The notes below the pieces were generated by a model. That model ran no database searches, was not told where the DNA came from, and worked only from the letters and a program-made list of their open reading frames with translations. Below are positions 12,618 to 24,606 of a DNA stretch of 64,000 bases, piece by piece (positions within the stretch are counted from its first letter, which is position 1; each line of letters begins with the position of its first letter). Source of the stretch: Azolla caroliniana. Its lineage: Eukaryota > Plantae > Polypodiophyta. The position numbers and the translations under genes are program-made. The stretch covers positions 12,462,001-12,526,000 of the forward strand of contig JBHGNT010000001.1 of the NCBI GenBank assembly GCA_043228905.1, written 5' to 3'.

Positions 12618-14114
12618 CATGTGACTTCGTGTCCACTTGACACACATCGGTATGCACCAGCTCCAGTGGCCTTGAGCAGAAGGATGTCCGATTTTGCTTA
12701 CTGGCTAGGCACTCAGTGCACTTCTCAAGATTCATGTCTTTCACCGGAATGAGGTTGTGATCGGCAAGCCTCTTCATCCCCTTTTTGCTCATGTGACACA
12801 GTCTCTTGTGCCATAGCTCACCGGTAGTGTCGAATGCTACGTTCACTTCTTCCGAGGATAACCAGGCATTCATCAGGTACAATGTGTTGACCTTCCGGGC
12901 TTGAGCCACTATCAAGCTCCCCTTGCTGAACTTCATAGCACCGTTCTCGATGCCACCCGTGTAGCCTTCATCCTCTAGCCGACCGACTGATATCAGGTTC
13001 AGTCGAACCTCCGGAACATGTCGGACATCCTTCAGCAACAACTTGCATCCGGTTGGTGTTGTCAGCCACACGTCTCCTATGCCGACAATTCGGCATGTAC
13101 CTTCATTCCCGATCCGGACACAACCGTGCTCACCGGTTGTGTAGGATGAGAAACATTTCCGGTATGGGGTTAGGTGGAATGACGCTCCGGAATCGACAAC
13201 CCATGTTTTCTCGTCGCCGGCAAGGTTCAACTCTTCTCGGTAATGAGCATCAACTCCTCTTCACTTGCCACGATTGCCGTCGTTCCCTTCCGGTCCGGTC
13301 CTCTCCGGTCTTTGCCATTCCGGTCCGGTGACCGCTTCGAATCGGTACTGTCGGTTTCCTTGTCTTTCCGGAAATGCCAATAGTTCTTCTGGAAGTGCCC
13401 CGACTTCCCACAGTAGAAGCAAGTGGGCCTTCCCCTTGACTTTGACCGTGTCCCCGACTTTTCCCGGTTCTGGGGACTCCGGTTCCTTCGTCTTCTGCAT
13501 TCCAATTTGGTAAGGAGCGCTTTGGAGTCGGAGCTCGTATCCTTGTCTTTCCGACGTGCCTCCTCATCTAGCAAGCTCGACTTGACTCTTGCTAGGGATA
13601 ACTATTTTCCTTCCGTCCCGGCGCTGCCCAAAGTGACAACTAACCTCTCCTAGCTATCTGGGAGGGAACCAAGCAGGAGCAATGCTAGTACCTCATCGGC
13701 GAGAAGTAGTTCCAACGATGTTGCTTGGTGAATCAGCCCCTGGAAGGCATTCATGTGCTCCGCCATGATGGAGCCATCTTCATACTGGAGTCTTACTAGC
13801 TTCTGGAATACCGAAACCCGATTAACATCATTTTTGTTCTGAAACATAATGTCGATCTTTTCCCAGAGCTCATGAGCCTTGCTCTCCTCGTTGAAGTTGT
13901 TGTACAGGCTCATGTCGATGAAACACCGGATGTATGCTGTTGTCTTCATGTGCATCACCTCCCACATTGTGGAATCGATCTTGTCCGGTCTCTTGTCCCC
14001 GAATTGAACCGGAAACCAAAGATCTTTGACCACTAGCATATCCCTCATCTTCGACTTCTACACTGAGTAGTTGGAGTTGGTGAGCTTGAACATGCTGCCA
14101 AACGATTCTTCCAT
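12618..14114 (-). pseudogene. Copia A gag, protease and integrase N-terminus (disrupted)
   Basis: MEESFGSMFKL start just after the PBS, CFYCGKSGH knuckle, WVVDSGASFH, WHKRLCH, CTEC. Confidence 0.9.
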
Positions 14115-14143
14115 TTTCTGTGTTGTTCGCTGTGATACCAGAT

Positions 14144-14765
14144 TGAAGAGAATATGCGGAATAGTCTTAGGCCACAACTGAGACCTAGATGACTTAATGA
14201 TAATCAAACACAGAAAAAAGAGAAATGGAAGTAAGTACACAAACAGAAAAGAATGCACAGGATGTTAACGTGGAAATCCCTGAGAGGGAAAAACCACGGG
14301 AGCCCACAAACTCCAAACTATCACTATGTAGAAAGAATACAACAGGGGGCACAGAGGCAATGACCTCGTGCTCACACTCTTCGCCTGGCGGCGGTTACAA
14401 CAAAGAATCACTCTGTATCTCTCTCTCTCTCTATTAGACTCTGTACAACAGTTACACGAATAACTCTATACAATGCTAATGACAACACACTGATACCATC
14501 AAATTCACTCTGTTTGCCCTAGGTCATATTTATACTAATATGACTTTCGGGCTATTTACAAATATAGCCCCAATGGGCTCTCAAAAACATATTTACCTAT
14601 ATGTCCCTTCATCCGGTGAGAGGTTCTCACCGGGCCTTCCTTACCGGGTACTCACCATCCGGTTCTCACCGGGTCTTCCGTTGCCGGGTACTCATCATCT
14701 GGTTCTCACCGGGTCTTTCGTTGCCAGGTACTCATATCCCATCCGGAGGGACCGAAATGCTAACA
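14144..14765 (-). repeat. 5' LTR of copia A
   Basis: Repeat of 1-504, adjacent to tRNA-Met-type PBS. Confidence 0.9.
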
Positions 14766-15543
14766 CTTTCCTCTGTAATGACATGAACCTTAGTTTTGCC
14801 TCGTCGGAATGAGATCATAGTTCGCTGCCAGTGCCTTGATATTATCCGTGCGCAACCATGGGGCGGCCGAGCAGTATTGGGTACGCCAAGGAGATCAGTA
14901 ATGAAATCAGTAATGGGAGATCAGTAATGAAATCCAAGGATATAGACTTCCAAGGATTTTCCGGAATGGGAAGTGGTTGTAGTAAGCCATAGGATCGGTG
15001 TCAAGGACTCTTTGATCGACAACATGTATCACAGTTGCGAACATACTCCTCAACAAAATGACAAAGGCGAGGCCACCAATATTGTCGAGAAATTAATTCT
15101 AGTTTTGTGTATTCCAAAATGTCCAGCCATTGGTGAGTCATGGCAGTGTTGTAAAACTTGTAGTCGCGAGGGACTATCAGGAACATACAATAGGTTTTGT
15201 CAAAATAGAAAACCACCATGCCAATAGAATTGACGATAATCATTACAAGGGTTTTTCGACTGCGAGCAAGAAGCACGATCTGGGACAATATGATCCAAAA
15301 CATCCTTGGCGAATTCATCAGTGGCCATATGATCTAAAATGGAATCAAGAAGAGTGGAATCTTCAAGTGTTGTTATGGCATTAACTACCATTAATCATAG
15401 CTGATTAGGAGCCAAAAGGATTTGTTTTTTATGCTCAAACGCAGGTTCCCCTGGACGAAGTTCCATATAAGAGCGTCGAGAAAGCGCATATGCTTTGCCT
15501 TGTTGCATCCTAGGGCGATATATGATTACAAAGTTGAAGTGGG

Positions 15544-17034
15544 TCAAAAATTGTGCCCACCTTGTCGCCGACTCAAGACTCGAGCATTTGGAAAATATGT
15601 CAGGTTCTTATGATCATTGTAGACAATGATCTGCTGAGAAGAGCCTTCTAGAAAATGTTGCCATTGTGGAAAAGAATCCACGATTGTAAGAAGTTCTTTG
15701 TCATGGATCTCGTAGTTGATCTCTGTAGCTTCAAACTTTCGGAAATGAAAGGCGACAGGGTGTAGCTCTCCATCATCTCCAGTCTGCGATAGGACACTTC
15801 CTAGTGCAAAATAGGATGAATCAGCTTCAAGGATGAAGCGTTTTGTTGGGTCGACATGTGCTAAAATTGGTGTCGTTGTAAAGGCCCGTTGTAAACTTTC
15901 AAATGCCTCAATTGCATCTGAACTCCATATGAATGGTTGATTTTTGTGTGTGAGTTGAGTGAGCGGAAGCACGAACTTAGAATAATTTTTAATAAATTTC
16001 TGATAAAAGTTTGCAAACCCGAGAAAACATTGCACATTGTGCATTGAAATGGGCGTCTGCCACTCTAAAATTGCTTGAACCTTCATGGGGTCCATACAAA
16101 TACCATCTAATGATACAACGTACCCCAAAAATTCCACTTGATTCTGGTCGAAACTACACTTTTCTAATTTTGCTTAGAGACCATATTCTCGTAGTCAACT
16201 TAGTTCTTGACGAACATGTTCATCATGCTCCTCTTGGGTCTTCGAATAGATCAAAATGTCATCTAGGTAAACTATAGTGAAGATATCGAGAAAATCTCGA
16301 AAAATATCATTCACCATATGTTGGAAAACTGCAGGTGCATTCGTGAGACCGAATGGCATCACAGTATACTCGAAATGTCCATAGCAAGTGCGAAAATCAG
16401 TCTTCCATTCATCCCCCGGACGAATCCGAACTAGATGATATGCACCACGAAGGTCCAATTTAGTGAAATATTTTGCTCCACTAAGACGTTCCAAAAGATT
16501 CGGGATTAATGGTAGAGCATATCTATTTCGGATGGTCACTTTGTTTAACCCTTGATAATCCACGACCAACCAAAGAGACCCATTCTTTTTCTTAACAAAG
16601 AAGATAGGTGCACCAACAGGGGATCTAGAATGCCGAATGAATCCATTTGCGAGATTCTCGTCGATATATTCCCGCAAAGTCTCTAGCTCTATAGGGGAGA
16701 GATTATAAATTGGGCCCCATGAAGGTTCTTTCCCTAGTTGTAAATCATTAGGGCATTCGTATGACTGATGCTCTGGCAATGTATTGGCCTTCACCTTATC
16801 AAAGGCGTCGGAGAACTCTTTGTATTTCTCTGGTAGTTTAATGTCCCCTTTATGTAAGGTGGATGATGGAGTTGCTACTATTGCAAATACGAATATATCC
16901 TCGGTTCCCCCTGCCTCATGTAACTGGCGTAAAGAGATGGTTGATAACTTATGGGATCTAGTATCAAATGTTGAAGAGTTGAGGGATGCAAACTTTGTTC
17001 TTTCTTCCTGGGTCTCCTCAATTGTCCTTTTCAT
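15544..17034 (-). pseudogene. Gypsy D RT and RNase H
   Basis: ORFs 16195-17034 and 15544-16137 carry canonical Ty3 RT and RNase H motifs. Confidence 0.88.
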
Positions 17035-17076
17035 CCAATCAATCTTCGGGTTATGGAGTTCAAACCAAGGGAGACC

Positions 17077-17746
17077 TGTAGAGATTTGACGCTATCAAAT
17101 CTTTCGCCTCTCGGCCACAACCGAGACAACACGGATCAATGCAGCAGAAAATGGGAAAAAAGACACAGAGAGACGAATACACAGGGTATAACGTGGAAAA
17201 CCCTAAACGGGAAAAACCACGGGAGTGCACGACTCCAACTATCACTATACATTGGAATATACAATGGCGAGCTGCAAGGCGACGACCTTGAGCTCGCTGT
17301 CCTCGCCACAGGCGGCGGTATTACACAGAGGCGTCGACCTCTTCGTTTCTCTCTCTCTCTCTCTCTCGGCTGCTCTCACTTCGCTCCCTCTAAGTGAAAA
17401 CAGAAAATGAGCAACAACATAAACTGTTTGCCCTAAGTCATATTTATACACATATGACTTTCGGGCTATTTACAAATATAGCCTCAAGGGCTCTTGGCGA
17501 ACATATTCACAAATATGTCCCCGCATCCGGATCTCCCTCCGGGTACATTCATCATCCGGCTCCGTAACCGGGGTATTCATCATCCGGCTCCGTAACCGGG
17601 GTATTCATCATCCGGCTCCGTAGCCGGGGTCTTCATCATCCGGATCCGTATCCGGGTACTCTTCATCCTCCGGTTCCGTAACCGCAACCGGGCTTGCCGT
17701 CATTCGTCTCCGGACATCCCATCCGGAGGGACCGTAAATCCCAACA
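17077..17746 (-). repeat. 3' LTR of copia C
   Basis: TG...CA ends; contains about 27-bp internal repeats TCATCATCCGGCTCCGTAACCGGGGTA. Confidence 0.95.
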
Positions 17747-17756
17747 AACTCCCCCT

Positions 17757-20700
17757 TCACTTCGGCATGGGATGTCTCTCCAATCCGATCCTCTTCCGGC
17801 ATGCTTCCAGCTTGTCGGGTGTAAGTACCTTGGTCAGCATATCCGACCCGTTCTCGTCCGTGTGGATCTTCGTCAGCACGAACTCCTTGTCTTCTATCCT
17901 TTCCCGGATCCAGTGATATCTTCGCTGGATGTGCTTCGTCCGGGAGTGATAGGCCGCGTTCTTCGCAAGGTGGATGGCACTCTGACTGTCGCAGTAGAGT
18001 CGGTACTCCTCCTGCCGGATACCGAGCTCTCTAATGAAGTCCTTCATCCATATTATTTCCTTGCCGGCTTCAACAGCCGCCATGTACTCCGCCTCCGTGG
18101 TTGACAACGCAACCGTCTTCTGCAGCCTCGACTGCCACGAAACGGCTCCCCCTGCATAGGTCATCACATACCCTGATGTGGACCGGCTGGTATCTGCATC
18201 AGCCGACATATCCGAATCGGTGAAGCCGTCGAGTTCGGGCTTACCGGAGCCGAATCGGAGGCACACGTTTGCAGTGCCCTTCAGGTATCGGAGTATCCAC
18301 TTGACCGCGTTCCAGTGCTCTTTGCCAGGGTTGCTCATGTACCGGCTCACCACTCCGACTGCATATCCTATGTCCGGTCTCGTACACACCATGGCGTACA
18401 TCAAGCTCCCGACGGCTGAGGCATATGGCACTTTCATCATATCCTCCTTTTCAGCCTTTGTCTTGGAACTTTGCTTGTTGGACAGCTTGCAGTTTGCCGG
18501 GAGGGTCGATCCGACCGGTCTTGCTTCCGACATGTTGAACCGTTGAAGCACCTTTGTCACGTACTTCTCCTGTGACAGCCACAACTGCTTCTTCTTTCGG
18601 TCCCGGATGATGTGCATCCCTAGTATTTGCCTCGCCGGACCCAGGTCCTTCATTGAGAAGGTTCGGTGAAGCGCTTTCTTCAGCGCCCGTATCTTGACCT
18701 GGTCCCGTCCGACGATCAACATGTCGTCCACGTACAGGAGGAGTATTAGAGAGTCTCCTCCTTCGAACTTCTTCACAAACACGCAGTGATCAGACTGCGT
18801 TTTGTGGTACCCTTCGTCGGTCATGAAGGAGTCGAACTTCCGGTACCATTGCCGGGGAGCCTGCTTCAGTCCGTAAAGGCTCTTCTTCAACCGGCATACC
18901 AGGTGCTCCTTCCCTTTCTTCTCGAATCCTTCCGGTTGCTGCATGTAGATCTCTTCTTCGAGGTCACCGTGAAGGAATGCCGTCTTCACGTCCATCTGTT
19001 CTACCTCGAGGTCCATGCTTGCCGCTATGCTCAGCACCGTCCGGATGGAGGTCATCTTCACTACCGGGGCAAATATCTCGTCGAAGTCGACGCCCTTCTT
19101 CTGCTGGAACCCCTTCACCACGATCCTGGCTTTGTATCTCGGGGGGTTTCCGGCATCTCCCGGTTTCAGCTTGAACACCCACTTGTTACGGAGTGCCCGT
19201 TTTCCTTTCGGCAACTCCACAAGTTCATATGTGTGGTTCTCATGCAGGGAATCCATCTCGTCCTGCATGGCACTTAACCACCTGCGGCTCTGGGTGTCAT
19301 GCTTTGCTTCTTCAAAGCTCTCCGGCTCCCCTTCGTCGGTTAGCAGCACGTGCTCTGGTTCCGGAAATCTCCGGGGGGCCCTTCTCTCTCTTAGAGGATA
19401 TCTCCTTTCCGGAGCTTCGGTAACCGGTTCTTCCGATTCTTCTTCATCCGAATCCATTTCGGGATCGGGGCCGGTTCCGGTATTATTTTCATCTTCTTCG
19501 GCCGGTTCTGTTTCTTCACCGTCTTCGGCCGGATCCTCGAGTGCTAACCGGTCCCTTGCCGGTCGGGACTGCTCCTCGTAGAGTTGATCCTCACCGGTCG
19601 ACTTGGAGCTCTTCATCTTCTTCTCCGACTCCCAGTCGGCGAGTGTCTTGTCCTCCATGAAGATGATATCTCGACTCCTGAATATCTTCTTGTCGACCGG
19701 GTCCCATACTCGGTAGCCGAACTCGTCGTCGCCGTAACCGAGGAATATGCATGGCCGGGTCTTTGGATCTAGCTTTCCTCTCCGGTCCTTTGCCACATGC
19801 ACGTATGCGAGACACCCGAACACCTTCAGATGCCGGTAGGACACTTCCTTACCGGTCCACACTTTCTGCGGCGTGTCTCCGTCCAAAGGTACTGAGGGTG
19901 ATCTATTTATCACATACGTCGCCGTCGACATTGCCTCAGCCCAAAATCCCTTGGGTAATTTCGCATGCGCCAGCATACTCCGGACCCTCTCCATTATGGT
20001 CCGGTTCATCCTCTCGGCCAGCCCGTTCAGTTCCGGCGTCTTCGGCACAGTAAACTCGAGCCGGATCCCCTTCGAGCGACAGTACTCCTGGAACTGCCCC
20101 CGGTATTCCCCTCCGTTATCCGCTCGTATCGCTATCAGCTTCTTGCCGGATTCCCTTTCCACTCTCGCGTGGAGTTCTTTGAAGACGGACAATACTTGGT
20201 CCTTTGTCTTCAACGGTGCCGTCCACAGCTTCCGGCTATGGTCATCTATGAATGTTACGAAGTACTGGGCTCCGCCATGTGACTTCGTTTCTACTTGACA
20301 CACATCAGTGTGCACCAACTCCAATGGTGCGCCACGTCTCGTCGGTGGCCTTGAGTGGAAGGAGGTCCGGTTTTGCTTACCGGCCAGGCAGTCGGTGCAC
20401 TTCTCCAGGTGCACATGCTTCACTGGAATAAGGTTGTCTTCTGCAAGCCTCTTCATCCCCTTCTCACTCATGTGGCACAGTCTCTTGTGCCACAGCTCAC
20501 CGGCAGTGTCGGCTGCCACGTTCAGCTCCTCCGGACATAGCCGGGAATTCATCAGGTACAGGGTGTTGACCTTCCGGGCCCGAGCCACTATCAGGCTCCC
20601 CTTGCTGAACTTCATGACACCGTTCCGGATGCTACCCGTGTAGCCTTCATCATCTAGCCTCCCGGCCGAGATCAGGTTCAATCGGACCTCCGGAACGTGT

Positions 20701-21830
20701 CGCACATTCTTCAACAGCATTTTGCATCCGGTCGGGGTTGTTAACCACACGTCTCCTATGCCGGCAATCCGGCATGTACCTTCATTTCCCATCCGGACAC
20801 AGCCGTGCTCACCGGCTGTGTAGGATGAGAAGTATTTCTTCTCCGGGGTCAGGTGGAACGACGCTCCGGAATCGACCACCCAGGTCATCTCTACGCCGGC
20901 AAGGTTCAGCTCCCTCTCTTCGGTAATGAGCATGATCTCTTCTTCACTTGCCGCGAGTGCCGTCGTTCCTTTCCGGTCCTGCCCTCGCCGATCCGGACCT
21001 CTCCGGTCCGTGGCTCCCCGGTAAGCACCGTTTCTCTCCGGTGACTTCTTCGAATCGGTGTCGTCGGCTCCGTTGTCCTTTCGGTAATGCCGACAATTCT
21101 TCCGGAAGTGCCCCGGCTTCCCACAGTGGAAGCATGTGGGCCTTCCTCTTGACTGCGACCGGGTCCCCGACTTCTCCCGTCTTTGAGGACTCCGGTTCCA
21201 TTGTCTTCCCCGTTCCGATTCGGTGAGCAGCGCCTTCGAGTCGGAGGCCGGTTCTTTATCTCTCCGACGCGCTTCTTCATTCAAAATACTTGTCTTTACC
21301 GTTTGTAAGGACAAGTTATCTTCGGTGCAGGAGGTGCTGAGAGTTACCACCAAGTTCTCCCAGCTTTCCGGCAATGTACACATCAAAATGATGGCTTGCA
21401 TTGCGTCCTCCAGCGGGAACTTGATCGCCGCAAGCTGGTTCACGAATCCCATGAACGTGCTTACGTGTTCCACCATACTCTCGCCGTCCCGGTACTTGAG
21501 ATTCACAATCTTCCTCATCAGGGAGGTCCGGTTCAACGCATTCTTCCTCTCGTAGAGGCCCGACAGCTTCTTCCACATCTCATATGCGTTGGTGTCATTC
21601 GCCACATGTTGTAGGACGCTTACATCGACATATTGTCGGATCGTCGCTACGGCTTTCCGGTTCAGGAGCTTCCACTCCGACTCAAGTACCCCCTTCGGTA
21701 TTTCCGACCTGTCAATCGGTTCGTACAGGTCCCGAACAATCAGAAGATCCTCCATCTTGATCTTCCAGTCGGCGTAATTCTGCGCATTCAGCACCATCAT
21801 GCCCGGAGGCCCGCTGCCGCCGCCTTCCAT
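17757..21830 (-). CDS. Copia gag-pol polyprotein (1357 aa from ATG at 21830)
   Basis: Uninterrupted ORF: gag, CFHCGKPGHFRKNC, WVVDSGASFH, integrase HHCC and DDE (HTDVC, DNGGEY, NGLAERMN), GKLDPK, RT YVDD, RNase H. Confidence 0.96.
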   Translation of the reverse strand: MEGGGSGPPGMMVLNAQNYADWKIKMEDLLIVRDLYEPIDRSEIPKGVLESEWKLLNRKAVATIRQYVDVSVLQHVANDTNAYEMWKKLSGLYERKNALNRTSLMRKIVNLKYRDGESMVEHVSTFMGFVNQLAAIKFPLEDAMQAIILMCTLPESWENLVVTLSTSCTEDNLSLQTVKTSILNEEARRRDKEPASDSKALLTESERGRQWNRSPQRREKSGTRSQSRGRPTCFHCGKPGHFRKNCRHYRKDNGADDTDSKKSPERNGAYRGATDRRGPDRRGQDRKGTTALAASEEEIMLITEERELNLAGVEMTWVVDSGASFHLTPEKKYFSSYTAGEHGCVRMGNEGTCRIAGIGDVWLTTPTGCKMLLKNVRHVPEVRLNLISAGRLDDEGYTGSIRNGVMKFSKGSLIVARARKVNTLYLMNSRLCPEELNVAADTAGELWHKRLCHMSEKGMKRLAEDNLIPVKHVHLEKCTDCLAGKQNRTSFHSRPPTRRGAPLELVHTDVCQVETKSHGGAQYFVTFIDDHSRKLWTAPLKTKDQVLSVFKELHARVERESGKKLIAIRADNGGEYRGQFQEYCRSKGIRLEFTVPKTPELNGLAERMNRTIMERVRSMLAHAKLPKGFWAEAMSTATYVINRSPSVPLDGDTPQKVWTGKEVSYRHLKVFGCLAYVHVAKDRRGKLDPKTRPCIFLGYGDDEFGYRVWDPVDKKIFRSRDIIFMEDKTLADWESEKKMKSSKSTGEDQLYEEQSRPARDRLALEDPAEDGEETEPAEEDENNTGTGPDPEMDSDEEESEEPVTEAPERRYPLRERRAPRRFPEPEHVLLTDEGEPESFEEAKHDTQSRRWLSAMQDEMDSLHENHTYELVELPKGKRALRNKWVFKLKPGDAGNPPRYKARIVVKGFQQKKGVDFDEIFAPVVKMTSIRTVLSIAASMDLEVEQMDVKTAFLHGDLEEEIYMQQPEGFEKKGKEHLVCRLKKSLYGLKQAPRQWYRKFDSFMTDEGYHKTQSDHCVFVKKFEGGDSLILLLYVDDMLIVGRDQVKIRALKKALHRTFSMKDLGPARQILGMHIIRDRKKKQLWLSQEKYVTKVLQRFNMSEARPVGSTLPANCKLSNKQSSKTKAEKEDMMKVPYASAVGSLMYAMVCTRPDIGYAVGVVSRYMSNPGKEHWNAVKWILRYLKGTANVCLRFGSGKPELDGFTDSDMSADADTSRSTSGYVMTYAGGAVSWQSRLQKTVALSTTEAEYMAAVEAGKEIIWMKDFIRELGIRQEEYRLYCDSQSAIHLAKNAAYHSRTKHIQRRYHWIRERIEDKEFVLTKIHTDENGSDMLTKVLTPDKLEACRKRIGLERHPMPK

Positions 21831-21861
21831 TTTCTGTGTTACCGTCGCTCTGATACCAGTT

Positions 21862-22532
21862 TGTAGAGATTTGACGCTATCAAATCTTTCGCCTCTCGGC
21901 CACAACCGAGACAACACGGATCAATGCAGCAGAAAATGGGAAAAAAAGACACAGAGAGACGAATACACAGGGTATAACGTGGAAAACCCTAAACGGGAAA
22001 AACCACGGGAGTGCACGACTCCAACTATCACTATACACTGGAATATACAATGGCGAGCTGCAAGGCGACGACCTTGAGCTCGCTGTCCTCGCCACAGGCG
22101 GCGGTATTACACAGAGGCGTCGACCTCTTCGTTTCTCTCTCTCTCTCTCTCTCGGCTGCTCTCACTTCGCTCCCTCTAAGTGAAAACAGAAAATGAGCAA
22201 CAACATAAACTGTTTGCCCTAAGTCATATTTATACACATATGACTTTCGGGCTATTTACAAATATAGCCTCAAGGGCTCTTGGCGAACATATTCACAAAT
22301 ATGTCCCCGCATCCGGATCTCCCTCCGGGTACATTCATCATCCGGCTCCGTAACCGGGGTATTCATCATCCGGCTCCGTAACCGGGGTATTCATCATCCG
22401 GCTCCGTAGCCGGGGTCTTCATCATCCGGATCCGTATCCGGGTACTCTTCATCCTCCGGTTCCGTAACCGCAACCGGGCTTGCCGTCATTCGTCTCCGGA
22501 CATCCCATCCGGAGGGACCGTAAATCCCAACA
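21862..22532 (-). repeat. 5' LTR of copia C
   Basis: Near-identical to 17077-17746, adjacent to PBS. Confidence 0.95.
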
Positions 22533-23800
22533 AGACCTAGAACAATTGGGTGTTTCAGACTGGAAATAATGTTGAAAGAGATTATGCTTGCCAAATCACC
22601 AAGAACTATACGAATTGGCTCAGAATCCTTGGCTATATCACCTGATGCTATGGGACGGCCATCAATGACTCCTACAGCTACTGGGTTTGGGAGTTTATTC
22701 AAACGGATGTTTTGTGACAATGCAAATTCACGATCCATGAAAGAAGAGTTGGCTCCAGAATCCAGGAGGGCAGAGGCTAGGACTCGATGACATGTAGATG
22801 TCGTAAGCTCAACTTGTGCAGAAAAAACTCTACTCACTTGACTCGATGAAATGGAACCACGACTAGGAACTAATTTTACGTATCTAGGATGGTCCAACCA
22901 AATGGTTCCTATTTTGGCCGGACTTACTCGTTTAACACATCCTCTAATTGACTCAAGACATCGAATCTATTCTCATGGCATGGACTATTATGCTTATTTA
23001 TTTGATTAGAAGTAACAATGGAACTCGAAGTACGAATGTCATGTGCACTTGGTATACTTGACGTCTAGGTTTATGTGGACAATTCACGGCTATATGTCCT
23101 GGACCGCCACAATATAGGCATAGGCGGTGCACTCGACGCCGTTGCTTCTCAGCATCTTATAAAGGCTCTTGACGTTGTGTTGTCTTTATTTCCATCGGAG
23201 TTGGGCCATCCCTTGTAATGGGTCTGGAAACTTGTGGAGGCGTTGCGACTACAAAAGCATACGTTTGTTCCAGTTGGCAACGTAACATTTGTTGGCGCTC
23301 AGAACGTCGCTCAAATAGGCGATTATCACATAGCACGGCTCGACTAATGGCCTCTGTTAGAGACTTCGAATCTTCATGGAAAGTACAAAGAAGATCTTTG
23401 ACATCATTACGTAAACCTTGACAGAATTGATCCATGAAGGCTGCCTCATCCCAAAGGATATTGCATGCCAAAAGGCGGAAATCAGTTGCGTAAGCCGACG
23501 CAGGACGATCTCCTTGTTGGAGCCTTCGAATCTTGTTTATCGCCATCCTAGTGTTGTTGGTGTCTCCGAAACTAGATTGAAACTCCTTAACAAATGCTTC
23601 AAAATCCTCTAGCAACGGTGATTTCTTCTCGAGAAGTGGTGCAAACCATGCTAATGCTGTACCACATAGCAAGGTTCCCACCAATCCCACACGAGCAGCA
23701 TTGGTTGGGTACCGATTGGGATGTAACTGAATAACCAAACGGACTTGATTCAAGAAGCCTCGAAATAAAGACCTCGTACCATCAAACTTGGTAGGGAGGC
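22533..23800 (-). pseudogene. Gypsy D gag and protease
   Basis: Retrotransposon gag (AWF..., QGDRPASAY, F.QGLRNDVKD, GPTPMEI) and LLDSGANSSF; protease continues across copia C (PIVLGL|PWFELHNP). Confidence 0.85.
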
Positions 23801-24124
23801 TAATCTTTGGTTCTCAAGGGGAGTTTTGAGCCCCCGACGCTTGTTCTCATAATGACAATATAGTAGCCTCGAATTGATGAACCCGTTGTGATAACTCTTC
23901 ATATTGTTGAGCTTTTTCAGTACTCACTTGTCGTAGGTTGTCCAATAGCCTTCGATTTTCATGCTATAATGCCACGAATTTATTCGTGAGCATGTAGAGC
24001 TCAGAAAGAACATGCATGTATTCTTGTTTGCTCACGGACTCCATAACTTACGAGGAGAGAGGAGAAGAAAGAAGAGAACTTGTTGGAAGAGGGAGAAATA
24101 ACAAATTGGTTCAAACTGTCAAGA

Positions 24125-24128
<4 letters not shown>

Positions 24129-24181
<53 letters not shown>
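24129..24181. repeat. (GA)n microsatellite
   Basis: Run of about 25 GA units. Confidence 0.95.
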
Positions 24182-24186
<5 letters not shown>

Positions 24187-24606
24187 GAGATACAATGTTA
24201 AGATAGAAAGAGAGAATTGTTAAGAAAGTATTGTATTGCAATATAAGATGGAGTATAAAGAGTAGATAGTAGGGAGCTAAAGGATGGTGTTGAACCAATT
24301 TGGTTTTTGGAGGATTGATAGATCCCTATTTATAAGTCCCTATGGAGTAATATAGATTACTCTAGAATATTCTAGGACATGCTAGAATATAGAGTAATCT
24401 AGTAGTGTAGAAGGCCTAGAAGGTTCTAGCATATAGACCACTCTAGGACATTCTAGAATATAAAGTAATATAGAATATTCTTATGATATATATTTTAAAA
24501 ATCATACACATAAACATGTTACTACAATGGTTAAGGATTTGACATGTGTATAACAAGGTTGTGGGTTCAAATCCTTTCGAGGCATGATGTGAGTGTCATC
24601 ATGATA

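Larger units (their letters stand above)
1..14765 (-). mobile_element. Ty1/copia LTR retrotransposon 'A', degenerate, interrupted by gypsy B; left end outside window
   Basis: LTR copies at <1-504 and 14144-14765, PBS TGGTATCACAGC (minus) at 14129-14140, polypurine tract next to 504; gag-PR-INT-RT-RNaseH order on minus strand with stops and frameshifts. Confidence 0.93.
17077..22532 (-). mobile_element. Intact Ty1/copia LTR retrotransposon 'C'
   Basis: LTRs 17077-17746 and 21862-22532 (one substitution and one A-run indel seen), perfect TSD AGACC, PBS TGGTATCAGAGC 21847-21858, PPT next to 17746, single open ORF. Confidence 0.97.
14766..24606 (-). mobile_element. Ty3/gypsy element 'D' (chromovirus/Tcn1-like), degenerate; interrupted by copia C and copia A; 3' part outside window
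   Basis: Gag 23753-23157, CLYCGGPGH knuckle near 23100, ALLDSGA protease, RT (DLRGAYH, MPFGLTNAP, YLDD), RNase H (EADSS, NYEIHDKELL), integrase start; probable 5' LTR about 24196-24606 with uncertain ends. Confidence 0.8.

Noticed and set aside
17694-21866. Plus-strand ORFs overlapping copia C
   Set aside because: Antisense shadows of the gag-pol ORF.
21831-21917. N-terminal 29 aa of the 1386-aa ORF
   Set aside because: Runs through the LTR and PBS from a non-ATG start; the likely start is the ATG at 21830.
24518-24585. Functional tRNA gene
   Set aside because: Only A/B-box-like motifs; acceptor and anticodon stems do not pair convincingly. Kept as a finding, not as a tRNA feature.
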